Assembly: GCF_031769215.1 (NCBI RefSeq)
Contig: NW_026782326.1
Location: forward strand, 779,432 to 843,431
DNA: 64,000 bases
Direction of reading: 5' to 3'
Source of the DNA: Ylistrum balloti
Lineage: Eukaryota
Shown here one piece after another: positions 25,336 to 37,410 of the stretch (the stretch's first letter is position 1; each line of letters opens with the position of its first letter). Both the position numbers and the translations under genes were made by a program. A model generated the notes under the pieces. The model was not told the DNA's origin. It worked only from the letters and a program-made list of their open reading frames with translations, and did no database searches.

Positions 25336-25400
25336 TTTTTTCTCTGAAGATAATCCACCTCTCAGAGCCAGTACCAGATAAACAGCATTATTTTGCAGAT
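25336..25400 (-). CDS. PARP4-like: exon completing Ubl domain: (D)LQNNAVYLVLALRGGLSSEKK, continues 3'
   Basis: LVLALRGG = ubiquitin C-terminal LVLRLRGG; acceptor tttttttttag| (25402-25401), donor AAA|gtgagtg (25335-25334); ends phase 0, so more coding sequence lies below 25336. Confidence 0.65.
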
Positions 25401-25750
25401 CTAAAAAAAAACATAACATATTTTTAAAAAGTCAATGGTAATTTCATGGATATCCTTCTGGGATCTTGGTCTCCACCTTCCGAGGACTTGATTTTAAGGA
25501 CTAAGGACATCATGGTGTGAATTAAAAACTAGATATGTTTATGTATAGATGTTTATACATAAACACATTTTAAAAGTAATAAACATTACAATGTGAATAT
25601 AAATCAAATATGTTACAGTGTTACATGAGATACTAACATTTTGTACAAATGCTTGATCATAATTCCCTTTTCTTCTACAACAGTCAGATAAACAATCATG
25701 GACAGTGGGACCCATCACTTGGTTTTTGATTGGAGACAGTCAATAATTAC

Positions 25751-25933
25751 CTAGATCAGAGATGTTGAGGGTGTTTTCCAGAGCTATACCATTACTTATC
25801 AACCTCTGCTGATCTGGACAGACTCCCTCTTCCTTGTAGATTTTGTCCTTCAAGTCAGCCACTGTATCTTTATTAGACACATTCAGAGCAACAGTCCTAC
25901 CAGTCAGAGTTTTTACATGAACTGTTGACGAGA
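25751..25933 (-). CDS. PARP4-like: exon encoding ubiquitin-like domain: SSTVHVKTLTGRTVALNVSNKDTVADLKDKIYKEEGVCPDQQRLISNGIALENTLNISDL
   Basis: ubiquitin fold signature (VKTLTG.T..L.V...T...K.KI...EG.P.DQQRLI..G..LE...L..) cf. ubiquitin [41 protein letters not shown]; acceptor ttctag| (25935-25934), donor CTAG|gtaattat (25750-25749). Confidence 0.7.
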
Positions 25934-26750
25934 CTAGAATTTAGAAGTACAAAACAAGGTTCTTTTTAAACATCATTCCCAAATCTTTGTGATGGGGCAG
26001 TAACTAAAAACAGAGTTCAACTCATTTTCTCCATATAATGGGGTTTATACAAAAATTTACAAAATATAAAAAACAAAGTGAGCAGGGGATTAAATTGATA
26101 TACCCAGGCCCATCACCTCATCCTTTTCTTCTGATCTAGTTGTATTGAGGGGTTCATGAAGTATTATGTACACAACCTCTTTCTTTGCCTTTCAACCTTG
26201 TCAAATGATCACCAAATCTAATCTGGTATAGACTTTGGTTGGGTGATACTATGTTGTGAATATAAACTAAATCTGGGTTCATCAGATATCTTGTACGTAA
26301 GGTTTTCATGACTGCACAGACAGAGGTAGCTCAGAGAGAGTGATTACTTTGTACCCTCCCTCTTACCTGAGTGGGGGTAAATTAAGTGATGTAGGTAAGC
26401 ATATTGTGTACCAGTAATCCTAGGGGGCCACTATATCAGATCTGACATAGTAACAAGTAGGTGGGTGGGGGTGTTATAGGACAATGATTTAATATTTGTT
26501 TGTATTTCTCATTTTTGAAGTAAGGGTTGAATACGTAAACAAACTTTCTCTGAAAATTCTACCTCAGTTATAACTACCTTAGGGATCTTGTAGAAAGACA
26601 AATCTAAAGGTATACCTACCTCTGAATCTGATTGGACAAAACTACAGCTGATGGAATAAAAATATAACAGGTTGGATAAAATGTTTTAACAGCATATTAA
26701 AGTTGCTACATGTAGAATTATTTACAATAGATATATTTCTTAACACTTAC

Positions 26751-26838
26751 TAGGAAAACTTTTACGGAACTCCACCAACACTGACTGACTGATGTCATCT
26801 TTGGAACATGTGAAGAATTTTTCAACTGCTTCCATGAC
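26751..26838 (-). CDS. PARP4-like: exon VMEAVEKFFTCSKDDISQSVLVEFRKSFP(I)
   Basis: acceptor gtgtttttgaag| (26840-26839), donor CCTA|gtaagtg (26750-26749); phase 0 in, 1 out, matching the Ubl exon. Confidence 0.5.
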
Positions 26839-27798
26839 CTTCAAAAACACAACACATGCTGATCAGGAAAAACAATGATCTCAGTTTGTTGATTATTCTA
26901 TTGAATACATGTATGAGTGGGGTTGTCTAACATGGTGATGGACTAAGCCAAACATCAATAGAGGGTCACATCTCCGGTTTACATTTATATTGAACCAGCA
27001 GAGCTAAAAAAGGAATGAAATTCATACCAAATTTGGCATGGCCTATGGGGCAGGTGAAACAGAAAGTTAAACTATGTATTTTTTTGTATATTTTTAATGG
27101 CATCATTAATTTTTAGAGTCGTGTTATATTCACATACGTTTTTAGATATTATTTTAATAATATATATAAAACCTATATTCATGCTCCATTAAAAATGGTC
27201 ACTTATTCCAGATTGATGCTTTCCCACTTTTTACATGTACTTTGTGCCATATTTGGGGGAAAGGAAGGGGAAGGAAAAGGATAAAGATTGGCTATAAATA
27301 ACAATTTCTGTAATTCTTAATCACAAATTTCCAGTGATCCACTGTAAAAAACTTTATTATTCATGTTGTAATACTTTTGTTTTAAATTGCATTACCTGAA
27401 AAATATTCTACATTGTACAATTCTAAACTGAATTCTATCTTTTGTCCATAAAACAGAAGAGCATGAATTTGGTTCCATGAATTAGCAGCAGTTGTCAGCT
27501 GTGATCTTTGACACTTTAACCTAGACTGATGATCACATGAACATAATGTTATGAACCAGATCTGTAGAGCAGCTCTCAAGATATCAAATTAATATTCAGA
27601 ATGGGACACATGAAACGATTGGACACAATGTAAATATGAGTAACATTAGATTCCATCACCATTTCGTGGCAGACATAACAAAATTCAGTCACTTCTCAAG
27701 TCCCATTTTACAGAGACTGGTGAAAGAGAAAGTTGAATTGAATGGATGACTCAGTTTTTATCAGAACAGTGACAAGTCACTTTTTACACCTTTTTTAC

Positions 27799-27945
27799 CT
27801 TTTCTCGGAGGTCATAGTTGGCATCAGATTGAAGACATGGCTTGTAATCCAGAATGGAGGTGTAGACTCTTTTGGCTTCCATCTGGGAGAAACTTTCTGC
27901 TATCAGGCCTTTCCTCAACAGCTCCTCCACAATTTCTTTTGGTTC
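27799..27945 (-). CDS. PARP4-like: PARP4-like exon EPKEIVEELLRKGLIAESFSQMEAKRVYTSILDYKPCLQSDANYDLREK
   Basis: acceptor ttttgatttag| (27947-27946), donor AAG|gtaaaaaagg (27798-27797). Confidence 0.55.
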
Positions 27946-28189
27946 CTAAATCAAAATGAAGCAAACAAATATATGATATCTGTGCTACGCCCTGCTGCTT
28001 AACATATGTAATACCAGGATAAAACTACACAAAACAAGAGATCCCAGACGAATCTTGGCGCTGACCATAGTTTAATGTTTATATGCTCTTTGAATGTTGG
28101 ATCTTTTCCCTTCTTTTCTCTTTTCTTTTCTTTTGCTCTGAATGATAAGATACTTGAACATTCCTTGGCAGAAATAGTGGAGATAATCT

Positions 28190-29100
28190 GTACATGCCAA
28201 ATCCCAAATGGCCGTCTGAAAGCCATTTTGTTTCTTCTTATCAGTCCCAAAATGAAACAAGCACAAGGAGAGACCAAAGGGAACCTACGCATGAAATTTG
28301 AGAGATATCCATTCAGTATTTCTTAAGAAAGAGAAATAACAATGTTTACTAGGCAAAATCCAAGATAGCCATTTTGTTTCTTTGATCAGTCCCAAATTCA
28401 AACAGACATAACTAGGGACCTAAAGGAACCCTCTACAAAAAATTCAAGAAAGATCTATAGAGTATATAAGTCAAAATCTAAGATGGTCGCATGTGGGCCA
28501 TTTTGTTTTTTCTGATCAGTACCAAAGTCAAACAGGCAAAACTAGGGCCTAAAGGGAACCTACATACAAAATTTAAGAAAGAACCATCCCATACTTCTCA
28601 AGAAACAGCAATAACAATCTTTCAAAGACAAAATCCCAGATGGCAGTCTGTTGGCCAAATTGTTCTTTTGATCAGACCCAAAATTAATTAAGCATAACTT
28701 GGGAGCAAAAGGAACCTACATATGAAATTCAAGAAAGATTCATCCAGTACTTCTCAAGAAATAGCAATAACAATATTTCAAAGACAAAACCCAAGATGGC
28801 CGCCGTTCAGCCATTTTGTTTTTCTGATCAGTCTCAAAATCAAATGTGCCCAACTAGAGGCCAAGAGGAACCTACAGATGAAATTTGAGAGAGATCCATC
28901 TCTCACCTTTCAAGAAATAGTAATAACAAACTTCATTGAAAATACCCATGATGACAGGCTGTTAGCCATTTTGTTTTTTTGATCAGGCCCAAAATCAAAT
29001 GTGCACAACTAGGGACCAAGAGAAACCTACATATGCAATTTGAGAAATATTCATCCAGCACTTCTCAAGACAAAACGATAACAAAAATTGTTTATGGATC
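28190..29100. repeat. intronic tandem array of ~160-bp units (..aagatggccgcc...gccattttgttt.tt.tgatcag.cccaaa.tcaaa...aact.gg..c.aa.g.aacctac..a.gaaatt..agaaag..tccat...ac.tctcaagaaa.agcaataacaa..tttc) x ~5.5
   Basis: direct periodicity; generates false short ORFs on both strands. Confidence 0.8.
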
Positions 29101-29206
29101 AATGGAAGGATGGAAGGATGGACGACAGATGATGGACCACGTACGCAGAGCAATTTGAATAGCCCACTATCTGCAGGAAGAATCACAAGGTAGTAAGCTG
29201 ACTTAC

Positions 29207-29314
29207 TTTTTCATCAAATACATCAGGATTCTGCCAACCAACATATTCCAGAATGTCTACTGACTCCTCAGCCACAAGTTCATTAATGGAAGGTCCATCC
29301 TTTTTCTGCTCATT
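29207..29314 (-). CDS. PARP4-like: PARP4-like exon NEQKKDGPSINELVAEESVDILEYVGWQNPDVFDEK
   Basis: acceptor cgatttcag| (29316-29315), donor AAA|gtaagtcag (29206-29205); phase 0/0. Confidence 0.5.
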
Positions 29315-30480
29315 CTGAAATCGTAATGATAATTTCTTTGATAAAATATTCTCATTTTATATTTGTATTTCCCATGGTAAATATTATACATGTAGTATTT
29401 ATCTGAGTCAAACAAGGTGGACAAGTATGACTGACAATGAAATTCAAAATCAAATCTTAATTGGTTATTGCCACACCTGATCATATGAAAAGTCAGATAC
29501 CTTAATTTCTGTATGTTATGACATAATGATTTGGTATTGTTTTTCAAATGAGTTTTTATTTTACCAGATAGTCATAACAAATTCATATAAGGAATAAGAA
29601 AACAGAAGAGCAGGTGTAATTTAATTACTGATAAAAACCACTTTAGTACGCTTAACATTAAAAATATCAACTGATCACTGACGTATTAAAACAAAAACAA
29701 TGTTTTTTACATGTATCAGTGATCATGGCAGAACACTCGCTAATAACATTAGTCTTGATGACCTAGTGTTTTCTGTCGGAGAGCTGGGTATCAATCACGA
29801 GGGATAAGAAAATTCCGTCCCACTATGTTTAATTGTTGCTAGTAAAAGTAAACTGAGGAATCCTAGAAAAATTAGTTACAAATTCCAGTTTTAATAACTA
29901 ATGAGAGCACATGTCAGGAAATGATTATATTTATGTCCTTAAGTCATAACTTCATACATTAACAGTTACTGTCCTTATTTATAACCTTTGTAATAGTCAT
30001 TATCATTACACTGATAATGATAGTCTCTCTTGACTGTGTAGTGATATAATATTTTGAATGAAAGACTCGCATGTCATTTCATCACATGCTCGGATTGAAT
30101 TTTGTGTTTTGAAATGCCTTTGTGAAATAAAGCCTGTTTGAAATATGGTCCTTATATTTGCTGATCAATATCATTATGTGAAAGGTTTGATGATTTGTCA
30201 TTTCATTGCTGTGATATCGAAAGTCTTAAACAATAGGCTCTTCATAACGGTAGAAGTTAGGTCAGCAAACTGAAAATTTTTATTATTTTGTGTCTATAAA
30301 CTTTGGAATTGATTGAAATGAATTTGTATTTTAAAGAAACGAAGAAAAAAAGTAAATACAAGTGTGGAAGTTGAGGTTCTCTTACTAGTTTTATCTAGTG
30401 GTAGGGTGTACAGCTAGAGATTGTAGGGTTGCTAGTTTGAACCCCAGCAGTTGCACACAGGTAAATATTACTGTGATTAC

Positions 30481-30582
30481 CTGGTTTCTTTCTTCAATGG
30501 CCACGAAGCTGGTGTAGGGGGTCACAATGGAGAACTCAGTGCTCAGCTGAATAATAGTGTTCTTTCTCTCCTGTTTCAGCAC
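30481..30582 (-). CDS. PARP4-like: PARP4-like exon VLKQERKNTIIQLSTEFSIVTPYTSFVAIEERNQ
   Basis: (S/T)PYTSFVA(I/V)E is the hallmark C-terminal motif of the ITIH/VWA5A/PARP4 VIT-vWA family; acceptor ttttaactttcag| (30584-30583), donor CAG|gtaatcac (30480-30479). Confidence 0.75.
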
Positions 30583-30819
30583 CTGAAAGTTAAAATTAAT
30601 CTAAATTCTGAACTCATACCCCAGAATAACAGGGCCATGTCTCCGATAAACATACTGGAACAGCAGGGCTGTGTAATCCTGGTAAAATACTACCCGCAAA
30701 ATACCACTTGGCTACAGAGAACTTCTCTTCAGCTCCTAACAGAGGCATTGAAATAAATAATGACCTCTGTTACATTAGGTTACAACAGACTGTGTAAAAC
30801 TGTGGAAATATAGGGAATA

Positions 30820-31280
30820 CCAAATTACATAGGGGGCAGCAACTTATATAGGGGATACCAAATTACATAGGGGATACTAAATTACATAGGGGATACCAAA
30901 TTACAAAGGGGATGCCAAATTACATTGGGGAACCCAAATTACATAGGGGATACCAAATTACATAGGGGACAGCAACTTATATAGGGGATACCAAATTACA
31001 TAGGGGATACCAAATTACATAGGAGACACCAAATTACATAGGACCAAATTACATAGGGGATACCAACTTATATAGAGGATACCATATTACATAGGGGATA
31101 TCAAATTACATAGGGGATACCAAATTACATAGGAGACACCAAATTACAGATGGGATACCAACTTATATAGAGGATACCATATTACATAGGGGATATCAAA
31201 TTACATTGGAGATACCAAATTACATAGGGGATGCCAAATTACAATGGGGATTTACATTGGGGATACCAAATTACATAGAT
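30820..31280. repeat. 19-bp tandem repeat (ataggggataccaaattac) x ~24
   Basis: direct periodicity. Confidence 0.9.
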
Positions 31281-31449
31281 GAAATGAGCTGTTCCCTCTC
31301 TTCTTTTCACCTTGATAAGATTATTCACTTTAAATAGAAACCACAACATCATAATAAGGCTTTTAAAAGTTTTCCAATATTCCAAAGCTGTTTCAAGTTT
31401 ACATATAGTAAATCATCAATATTAATTCCAACACTAATGTGGTTATTGT

Positions 31450-32200
31450 AATTCATGACAAGAGGCTCAGGGGCCTACGTGGTCACCTGAGTGAACTCAC
31501 AAACAGAAACAATGGGAATGAACATGTAGTATAAAGAAGAGAAAATGAGAAATGCTGTTTGTACAGGGGCAGAATAGTTTTAAGCGTAGTTGTACAGGGG
31601 CAGAATAGTTTTAAGTGTAGTTGTACAGGGGCAGAATAGTTTTAAGTGTAGACCTTTCCATGAATAGTATTGGATTCTACCATCTTTATTATTGAGAAGA
31701 TTTTTGAAATTTCAGTCAACTTCATCCTATTTGGCCACACCCATCAGCCTCTGGGGGTCAGCCAGGGTCAATATGTGCATAACATCAAACTCTATACATA
31801 CTATCAATTTTAACCAAGTTTGATCTATTTCCAATTGAAAATTAAATTATCACAAACTTTACCACCTTCTTAGGGAGAAAGGTGAGACCCGGGGGTCAAG
31901 AAATTTACAAAAAAAAAGCACCTTAAAATCCTTCAATCCATGTAGAGTATTTAATTCTTCCATATCTGGGTATTCAGAAGCATATTTTTGAAATTTCAGT
32001 CAATTTGACCCTTTTGGCCCCTTAAGGGTGGGGACCACATGATTTACAATTTTGGTTAACCATTGGCTATGAAAAGGTTCTGCCAAGTTTCATTGAAATC
32101 GCTCTAGGGGTTTTCCAGAAAAAGTCATAATTGGAAATCTTTATTGACACAAAACAGACACCATTGGACAAAATGGTATAGCAATATAGATCCACATTAG
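31450..32200. repeat. interspersed repeat family A copy 3 (head acaagaggctcaggggcctacgtggtcacctgagtgaactcaca; internal 32-bp x3 gttgtacaggggcagaatagttttaagtgtag)
   Basis: collinear with 23990-24660 and 6590-7150. Confidence 0.75.
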
Positions 32201-32952
32201 AGACTTTGCCTCAGGTTAGCTGAAAATCAAAATGGACTTGTTGTTTTTCAATAAAGTAGTTATACATTAGAATATTTCCCCGTCCATATATGATATGATA
32301 TCCTTTATAACTGAAAGAAGTAAAAGCATAGCTTTTTTTGGGAAAAAAACTGTTTTCTTCTTATTTTTACATTAGAATTGAACTAGAAAGACTGAAAGAT
32401 AATATGCTTCAAGGCCACATATGGGTGTTCATATACTGAACCCTACATCTGCATTGTTTCATTAAAAAATATTCCTTATTCCACTATCTGTGAGAAGCCT
32501 GTTTCATTTAGGTCCAAATCCTTTCCCTTCCATAATTCTTGTCTTCTACAAACAATTTTCGAGTCTGCATAATTGTAAGCATTCAGACATTTGTTTGGTG
32601 ATATCAATTTCAAAGCTTTACTATAAGAAAAGATATCTGTGAATCTTAAGCTACTGTTTTTATAGTAGCCCATTTAAAGTTTTCTTTAATTAACTATTTA
32701 AATTACAACTAATCTTTAATCTCTGGACAAGCAAGAGCTGTCAATATTTGAAATGCAGTTACAAAACTCTATGTCCTGGTAGCTGTTACCTCATCGATGA
32801 TTCCTAAAGATCAATTAAAGAGAACAAGTTAATTGCCTGATACTTCTGCGGAAATTTGTCCTCTAAAATATTACCCTTTTGAAAGATCACAATTAATTCC
32901 TAAAAGTTTGCCATAATAATGATTCTAAGTGATTCTATGTCTGAGTACTTAC

Positions 32953-33033
32953 CCTCTGTTTTATCTTGTCTTCACTTAGGATACCATCCTCATAGTCACG
33001 GATCAGTGCACGAGCCGTCAGCTGATGCAGCAT
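32953..33033 (-). CDS. PARP4-like: PARP4-like exon MLHQLTARALIRDYEDGILSEDKIKQR
   Basis: acceptor gtgtcttcag| (33035-33034), donor AGG|gtaagtac (32952-32951); LAARALIRD(F/Y)EDG-type motif of VWA5A/ITIH C-terminal region. Confidence 0.6.
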
Positions 33034-33966
33034 CTGAAGACACAAACAACTAATCAGAGGTGAGACTTTATAAACATACTTCAGAGTTTGTTTCTTCTAA
33101 ATAATGGCAGCAAGAGTCATGATGTCAATCAACTTAGCACATGTAATTAGTGTATGGTGATAGGCTTTGTTATGTCATGTTAGATGAATTGACTGTATCA
33201 TTGTATTTTTTCATTTTGAAAATATTAACTCACAAGAGGCTGTGTGGGTTGCATTGCTCACCTGGTAATCAATGCTCTTCGCAAATACTTATGCTTGCAT
33301 TCAAAGCCTTGAGATGAAGTTGTTTGAAGGTTTTGACAAATTTGATCCTTTGTGGCCTCAGATATGGGGAAAGGTAATTTTTTTGTAAACTTCATGAGGG
33401 AACCATTTTATCCAAATTTCAAACCTTGTAATAAATAATTTTTTTGTAGAATTCAAAATACTTGACCCCTGTGACCTTGAATTTGGTATGGGTCACATTA
33501 ATAAATTTCAAAAAAGGAACCTATCAACCAAATATCAATAACAGTTTTATGCTTTTTCTAAGTAAGAAGTATCATTTGACAGTATTGACAAATTTGCCCC
33601 CTATGACCATGAATATGGGTCATAGTCAATTCTTTTGTAGAATTTATTGGGATTTAACAAAGGAACCTATCAACCAACTATCATGGTTCTAGGACTTTCA
33701 GTTAATCAGAAGAAGTTGTTGGAAGGTTTTTAAGATATTTGACCCCAGTGACCTGGAATATGAGTCAAAGTAATTTCTTTCCACAAATCCTGTTGGGCTA
33801 CATTCATGGCCAAAAATCTTTATTCTAGGCCTTTTGGTTATCAAACAAAAGGGAAAAGTTAACAGTGTACCACATCGTAAGGGCCAAGTGAGCTAAAAAG
33901 CACTGATGCTTTATTTGGGTGCTCTCAATCGCCAGAAAGATTATGTGTAGTGTTGACACTGCTTAC

Positions 33967-34047
33967 CTCCCCTTGTGTGATGTTAAGTTCAGTTGTTGCT
34001 ACCATGGTAGAAATCTCCATATTGTCAACTGTGGCTTTCAAGTAGGC
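33967..34047 (-). CDS. PARP4-like: PARP4-like exon AYLKATVDNMEISTMVATTELNITQGE
   Basis: acceptor ctgatttacag| (34049-34048), donor GAG|gtaagcag (33966-33965); phase 0/0; assignment to this gene by phase only. Confidence 0.45.
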
Positions 34048-35387
34048 CTGTAAATCAGATTGTATGGAATAATATAGAATTGGTTCAAAGTATAGACCAA
34101 ATTTTACGTCTCTGAAACAACATTCTATAATCTAATTTTGTTTATATTACAAGCTGATTGTTGTTTTACACAAACATATCTTTTTCCATTGAAACCCCCA
34201 TAATTTGGGATGTTGTGTTTATGCATTTCTGGGTTAAAACTGGAAAAAATGTCTTGAAAATTAAAAGAGTAACACTTATTTAACACCATTAGCCTTTCTC
34301 CCTCCAAAAGTTGACCAATATAACAAATTTAAGGACAATAACCCTTTATTCACCAGCTCTTGCTTTCACTGTTTGAGTTGATCACCATTAATAACATAAA
34401 AGTGACATACTGTTAACATATTTAACTTGGCGTAATGGAATTTTAACCCATCACTACTAAACATTTTGCAAATTAGTGCAGTCATGAATTTGAGCATCAA
34501 CAATGAAAGTTACAGCAACTGCAATTTAATCCCCTAACCAGTAAAATATATTTACAAACTGTGAATAAATTTTCACCTGAGTACAGTTCGGTACAAATCC
34601 GTATACGACCTGTCGTGACCCCGAGAACAGACTTGGGATGTGATTAGGGGCCTGTAGGGGTTGATCAGGTGTGTCCATGTGTTGTTGCCACTCAACCTTT
34701 ACACAAGAAATACCTGGACAACATGCCCTCTGAACTTGTGAGGTCATCTAAAAAGGTGAAAATCATCAACAGATCACAGTAACCATTTCCAGGTAAGAAG
34801 ATATTGCTGGAGTAAAGCTTAACACAATGTTTTCTTGTGAAAATTCTGCAATTTTCTGGCACAATTTCATTCGAGATTTGTCAGTGTTGGAACCAATGTA
34901 AAAATAACTAGGATTTTACAGGAAACAGACATGTACAACATTACAATGATATTTCCTTAATTTCACTTACCACCAATACTATACACCCACTCTATGTACC
35001 TCTAAACTTCCAAACTAACATTTACAATTTCTGCTTAGCAACGTGTTCACAGCGACCTAATTATGTGACATGTACACAAGACTATATAATTCTGCACTAG
35101 AATCGGTTTTCAATATCACTGTCTTAATTCATGATGATTGAATAATTATGAAATTGTTTCAATAACTGAATTCCCAAAAACACTTAAACAGATTGTAAAA
35201 TATAAAAGCTCCAATTTTCTTGTTTTTAACAATTTCATCACATGCTAAAAAGTTAAACTTGTCTTGGACAAAAGGAGGTCACACAGTAAAGAATTATTGG
35301 TGTTCATAGAGAAAATGAAAAAAAAGAATCTAATCTGAATCTAATACAATAAGATTTATTGGTATTGAAATGAGATGATTTACTCAC

Positions 35388-35487
35388 CCTCGCCTCCCAA
35401 ACAGAGCGTGTCTTGTAGTTGTAGTGGTAATAGGTACCACCTCCGCGTGATGCCAGGCGCCGCATCAAGTGGTGGTTCACATTTGTT
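35388..35487 (-). CDS. PARP4-like: PARP4-like exon (vWA end) (G)TNVNHHLMRRLASRGGGTYYHYNYKTRSVWEAR
   Basis: acceptor tttacttgaag| (35489-35488), donor AGG|gtgagtaa (35387-35386); phase 2 in, 0 out. Confidence 0.65.
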
Positions 35488-35723
35488 CTTCAAGTAAATA
35501 TTAGTATGAAAATTATGTTATAATCACACAAAACTCATTAACATATACATTAATATATAGCTAAGAATAATTATATTTAAATTTAATACAATGCAACTGT
35601 ATCCCACTTACACAATTATCATAAATGACAAAGTCAACATTTCATACACATTACTTATCAATTTCCATAGTTAATATTTACTTTTTTTAAAAATTTGCTT
35701 AAAAACAGGTTTTTTATATTTAC

Positions 35724-35911
35724 CCAACACCAATAGTGAAAATTCTATTTTTGGCATTTCCTTTTCTAACAGTTGACAACAGCACATCACTGTTGCTAAG
35801 GTAACCATCTGAGATGAGGAAGATACTCCTACTGCCCTCTGCTGGACTTAGAAGAAACAAGGACTCCACTGGATAATTGACATTGCTCCCTCCCATTTGT
35901 GGTTGTACACT
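35724..35911 (-). CDS. PARP4-like: PARP4-like exon (vWA) SVQPQMGGSNVNYPVESLFLLSPAEGSRSIFLISDGYLSNSDVLLSTVRKGNAKNRIFTIGVG
   Basis: IFLISDG ... RIFTIGVG = vWA beta4/beta5 signatures; acceptor tgtatttag| (35913-35912), donor GTTGG|gtaaat (35723-35722). Confidence 0.8.
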
Positions 35912-36239
35912 CTAAATACAAAACACAAATAAGATGTAATTCTATCATTGGTATATATGATAAGTATATGATATATAGCTAATTGTGTTTTTCTGCTCTG
36001 CCCTTGGAACTTCTTTGACCTTGACCATTAGAAATTATTCAACACAGCGCACATCTAAGGACTGACAAAACATCAACTCATATGCTTAGCATTTCATGTG
36101 AAATTGTTTGAAAAGATGCACTAAAAATTCTAAAATGTCACTCATGGAATCCAAGATTGAAAGTTATGCCTATAATTAGTCATTTGAAATCTTTCTTTAG
36201 AGTATAAATTCTATGTTGACTTTCTGTATAAAATATTAC

Positions 36240-36676
36240 AGGATTAAATTATGAGAATTTGTATAAAATCTTACAATTATGAATTTCATGACTTTCTGGG
36301 TAATTTTTTACCTGTATAAATTTTGTGACTTTTGTATAAAATTTTACCTGTGTAAATTCCGTGACTTTCTGAGTAATTTTTACCTGTATAAATTCTGTGA
36401 CTTTTTGTTTAAAATTTTACCTGTATAAATTCTGTGACTTTTGTATGAAATTTTACCTGTATAAATTCTGTGGCTTTTGTATGAAATTTTACCTGTATAA
36501 ATTCTGTGACTTTTTGTATGAAATTTTACCTGTATAAATTCTGTGACTTTTTGTATGAAATTTTACCTGTATAAATTCTGTGGCTTTTTGTTTAAAATTT
36601 TACCTGTATAAATTCTGTGACTTTTGTATGAAATTTTACCTGTATAAATTCTGTGGCTTTTTGTATGAAATTTTAC
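36240..36676. repeat. 37-bp tandem repeat x ~12 that reiterates the exon-end + GT donor of the 36677-36817 vWA exon (unit on minus: caaaaag(c/t)cacagaatttatacag|gtaaaatttcata)
   Basis: array is contiguous with the exon/intron boundary at 36677/36676; each unit contains a copy of CAG|GTAAAAT. Confidence 0.85.
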
Positions 36677-36817
36677 CTGTATAAATTCTGTGGCTTTTTG
36701 TACAGCCTGTTTGGTCTTTTTCTGAGGTGCAGGGAAGAGCTCTGTGTAAGATGTTCCAAAACTAAGCACATTGATAAGAGCTTTCTCTGGAAGTTTCTCT
36801 ACAGCTAGGAGGAATAA
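36677..36817 (-). CDS. PARP4-like: PARP4-like exon (vWA) LFLLAVEKLPEKALINVLSFGTSYTELFPAPQKKTKQAVQKATEFIQ
   Basis: acceptor ttaattcacag| (36819-36818; the nearer cctag acceptor would give an in-frame stop), donor CAG|gtaaaatttc (36676-36675); pattern L.LP..FN..GFGS typical of VWA5A/ITIH vWA. Confidence 0.75.
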
Positions 36818-37290
36818 CTGTGAATTAAATTATCATATATCATAACAAACACCAATTCTCCAAGCACAAACTATACTTCATTATCAAAGATTTTCACTCA
36901 ATATTTTGAACATTTTTAATTAATATTGAATTATATGAAATTTTACAATCATTTATTGCAGCATGGATATGTGGAGCTTAATGTAATTTTCTCATTATCA
37001 TTATACATCAAAATTGTTGAAACAGTAAGTGTCCAGTTTTGTTATGTGGGGTTATTGATGTATTTTAACCTACAAATTATTTGGCATAACTTCAAAAACT
37101 ACATCACAAAGCTGAAAGCTAAAATAATCCTTATCTGTAATATAATCATTCCAGTCTTTCTTATCAAAACTTTTGCCATAATTTATTTTTATCTGTTTGA
37201 ACACAAATTCTGACCTTTAATATAATTAATTTTAAAAATGTCAACTCATTTCAGTTTTGGAGTCTAATCTTGTATCTCCAAGGCACTGAC

Positions 37291-37410
37291 CTTTTTAGCA
37301 TCTCGAGTTGACTGTCCCTTCATAGAATTTGACATGTCCAACAAAAAAATGACCTCAGGGTCCTCTTCAAATTCTGCCTCAAATTCCGGGTAGAATGCCA
37401 ACATGCATGC
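37291..37410 (-). CDS. PARP4-like: PARP4-like exon (vWA start with MIDAS) ACMLAFYPEFEAEFEEDPEVIFLLDMSNSMKGQSTRDAKK
   Basis: DxSxS MIDAS motif (DMSNS) preceded by hydrophobic beta-strand VIFLL; acceptor tttaaccag| (37412-37411), donor AAG|gtcagt (37290-37289). Confidence 0.8.

Noticed and set aside
36817-36819. Nearest acceptor cctag| for exon 36677-36817
   Set aside because: Starting at CTGTAG would put an in-frame TAG at the second codon. The upstream acceptor ttaattcacag| keeps the frame open and keeps phase with neighbouring exons.
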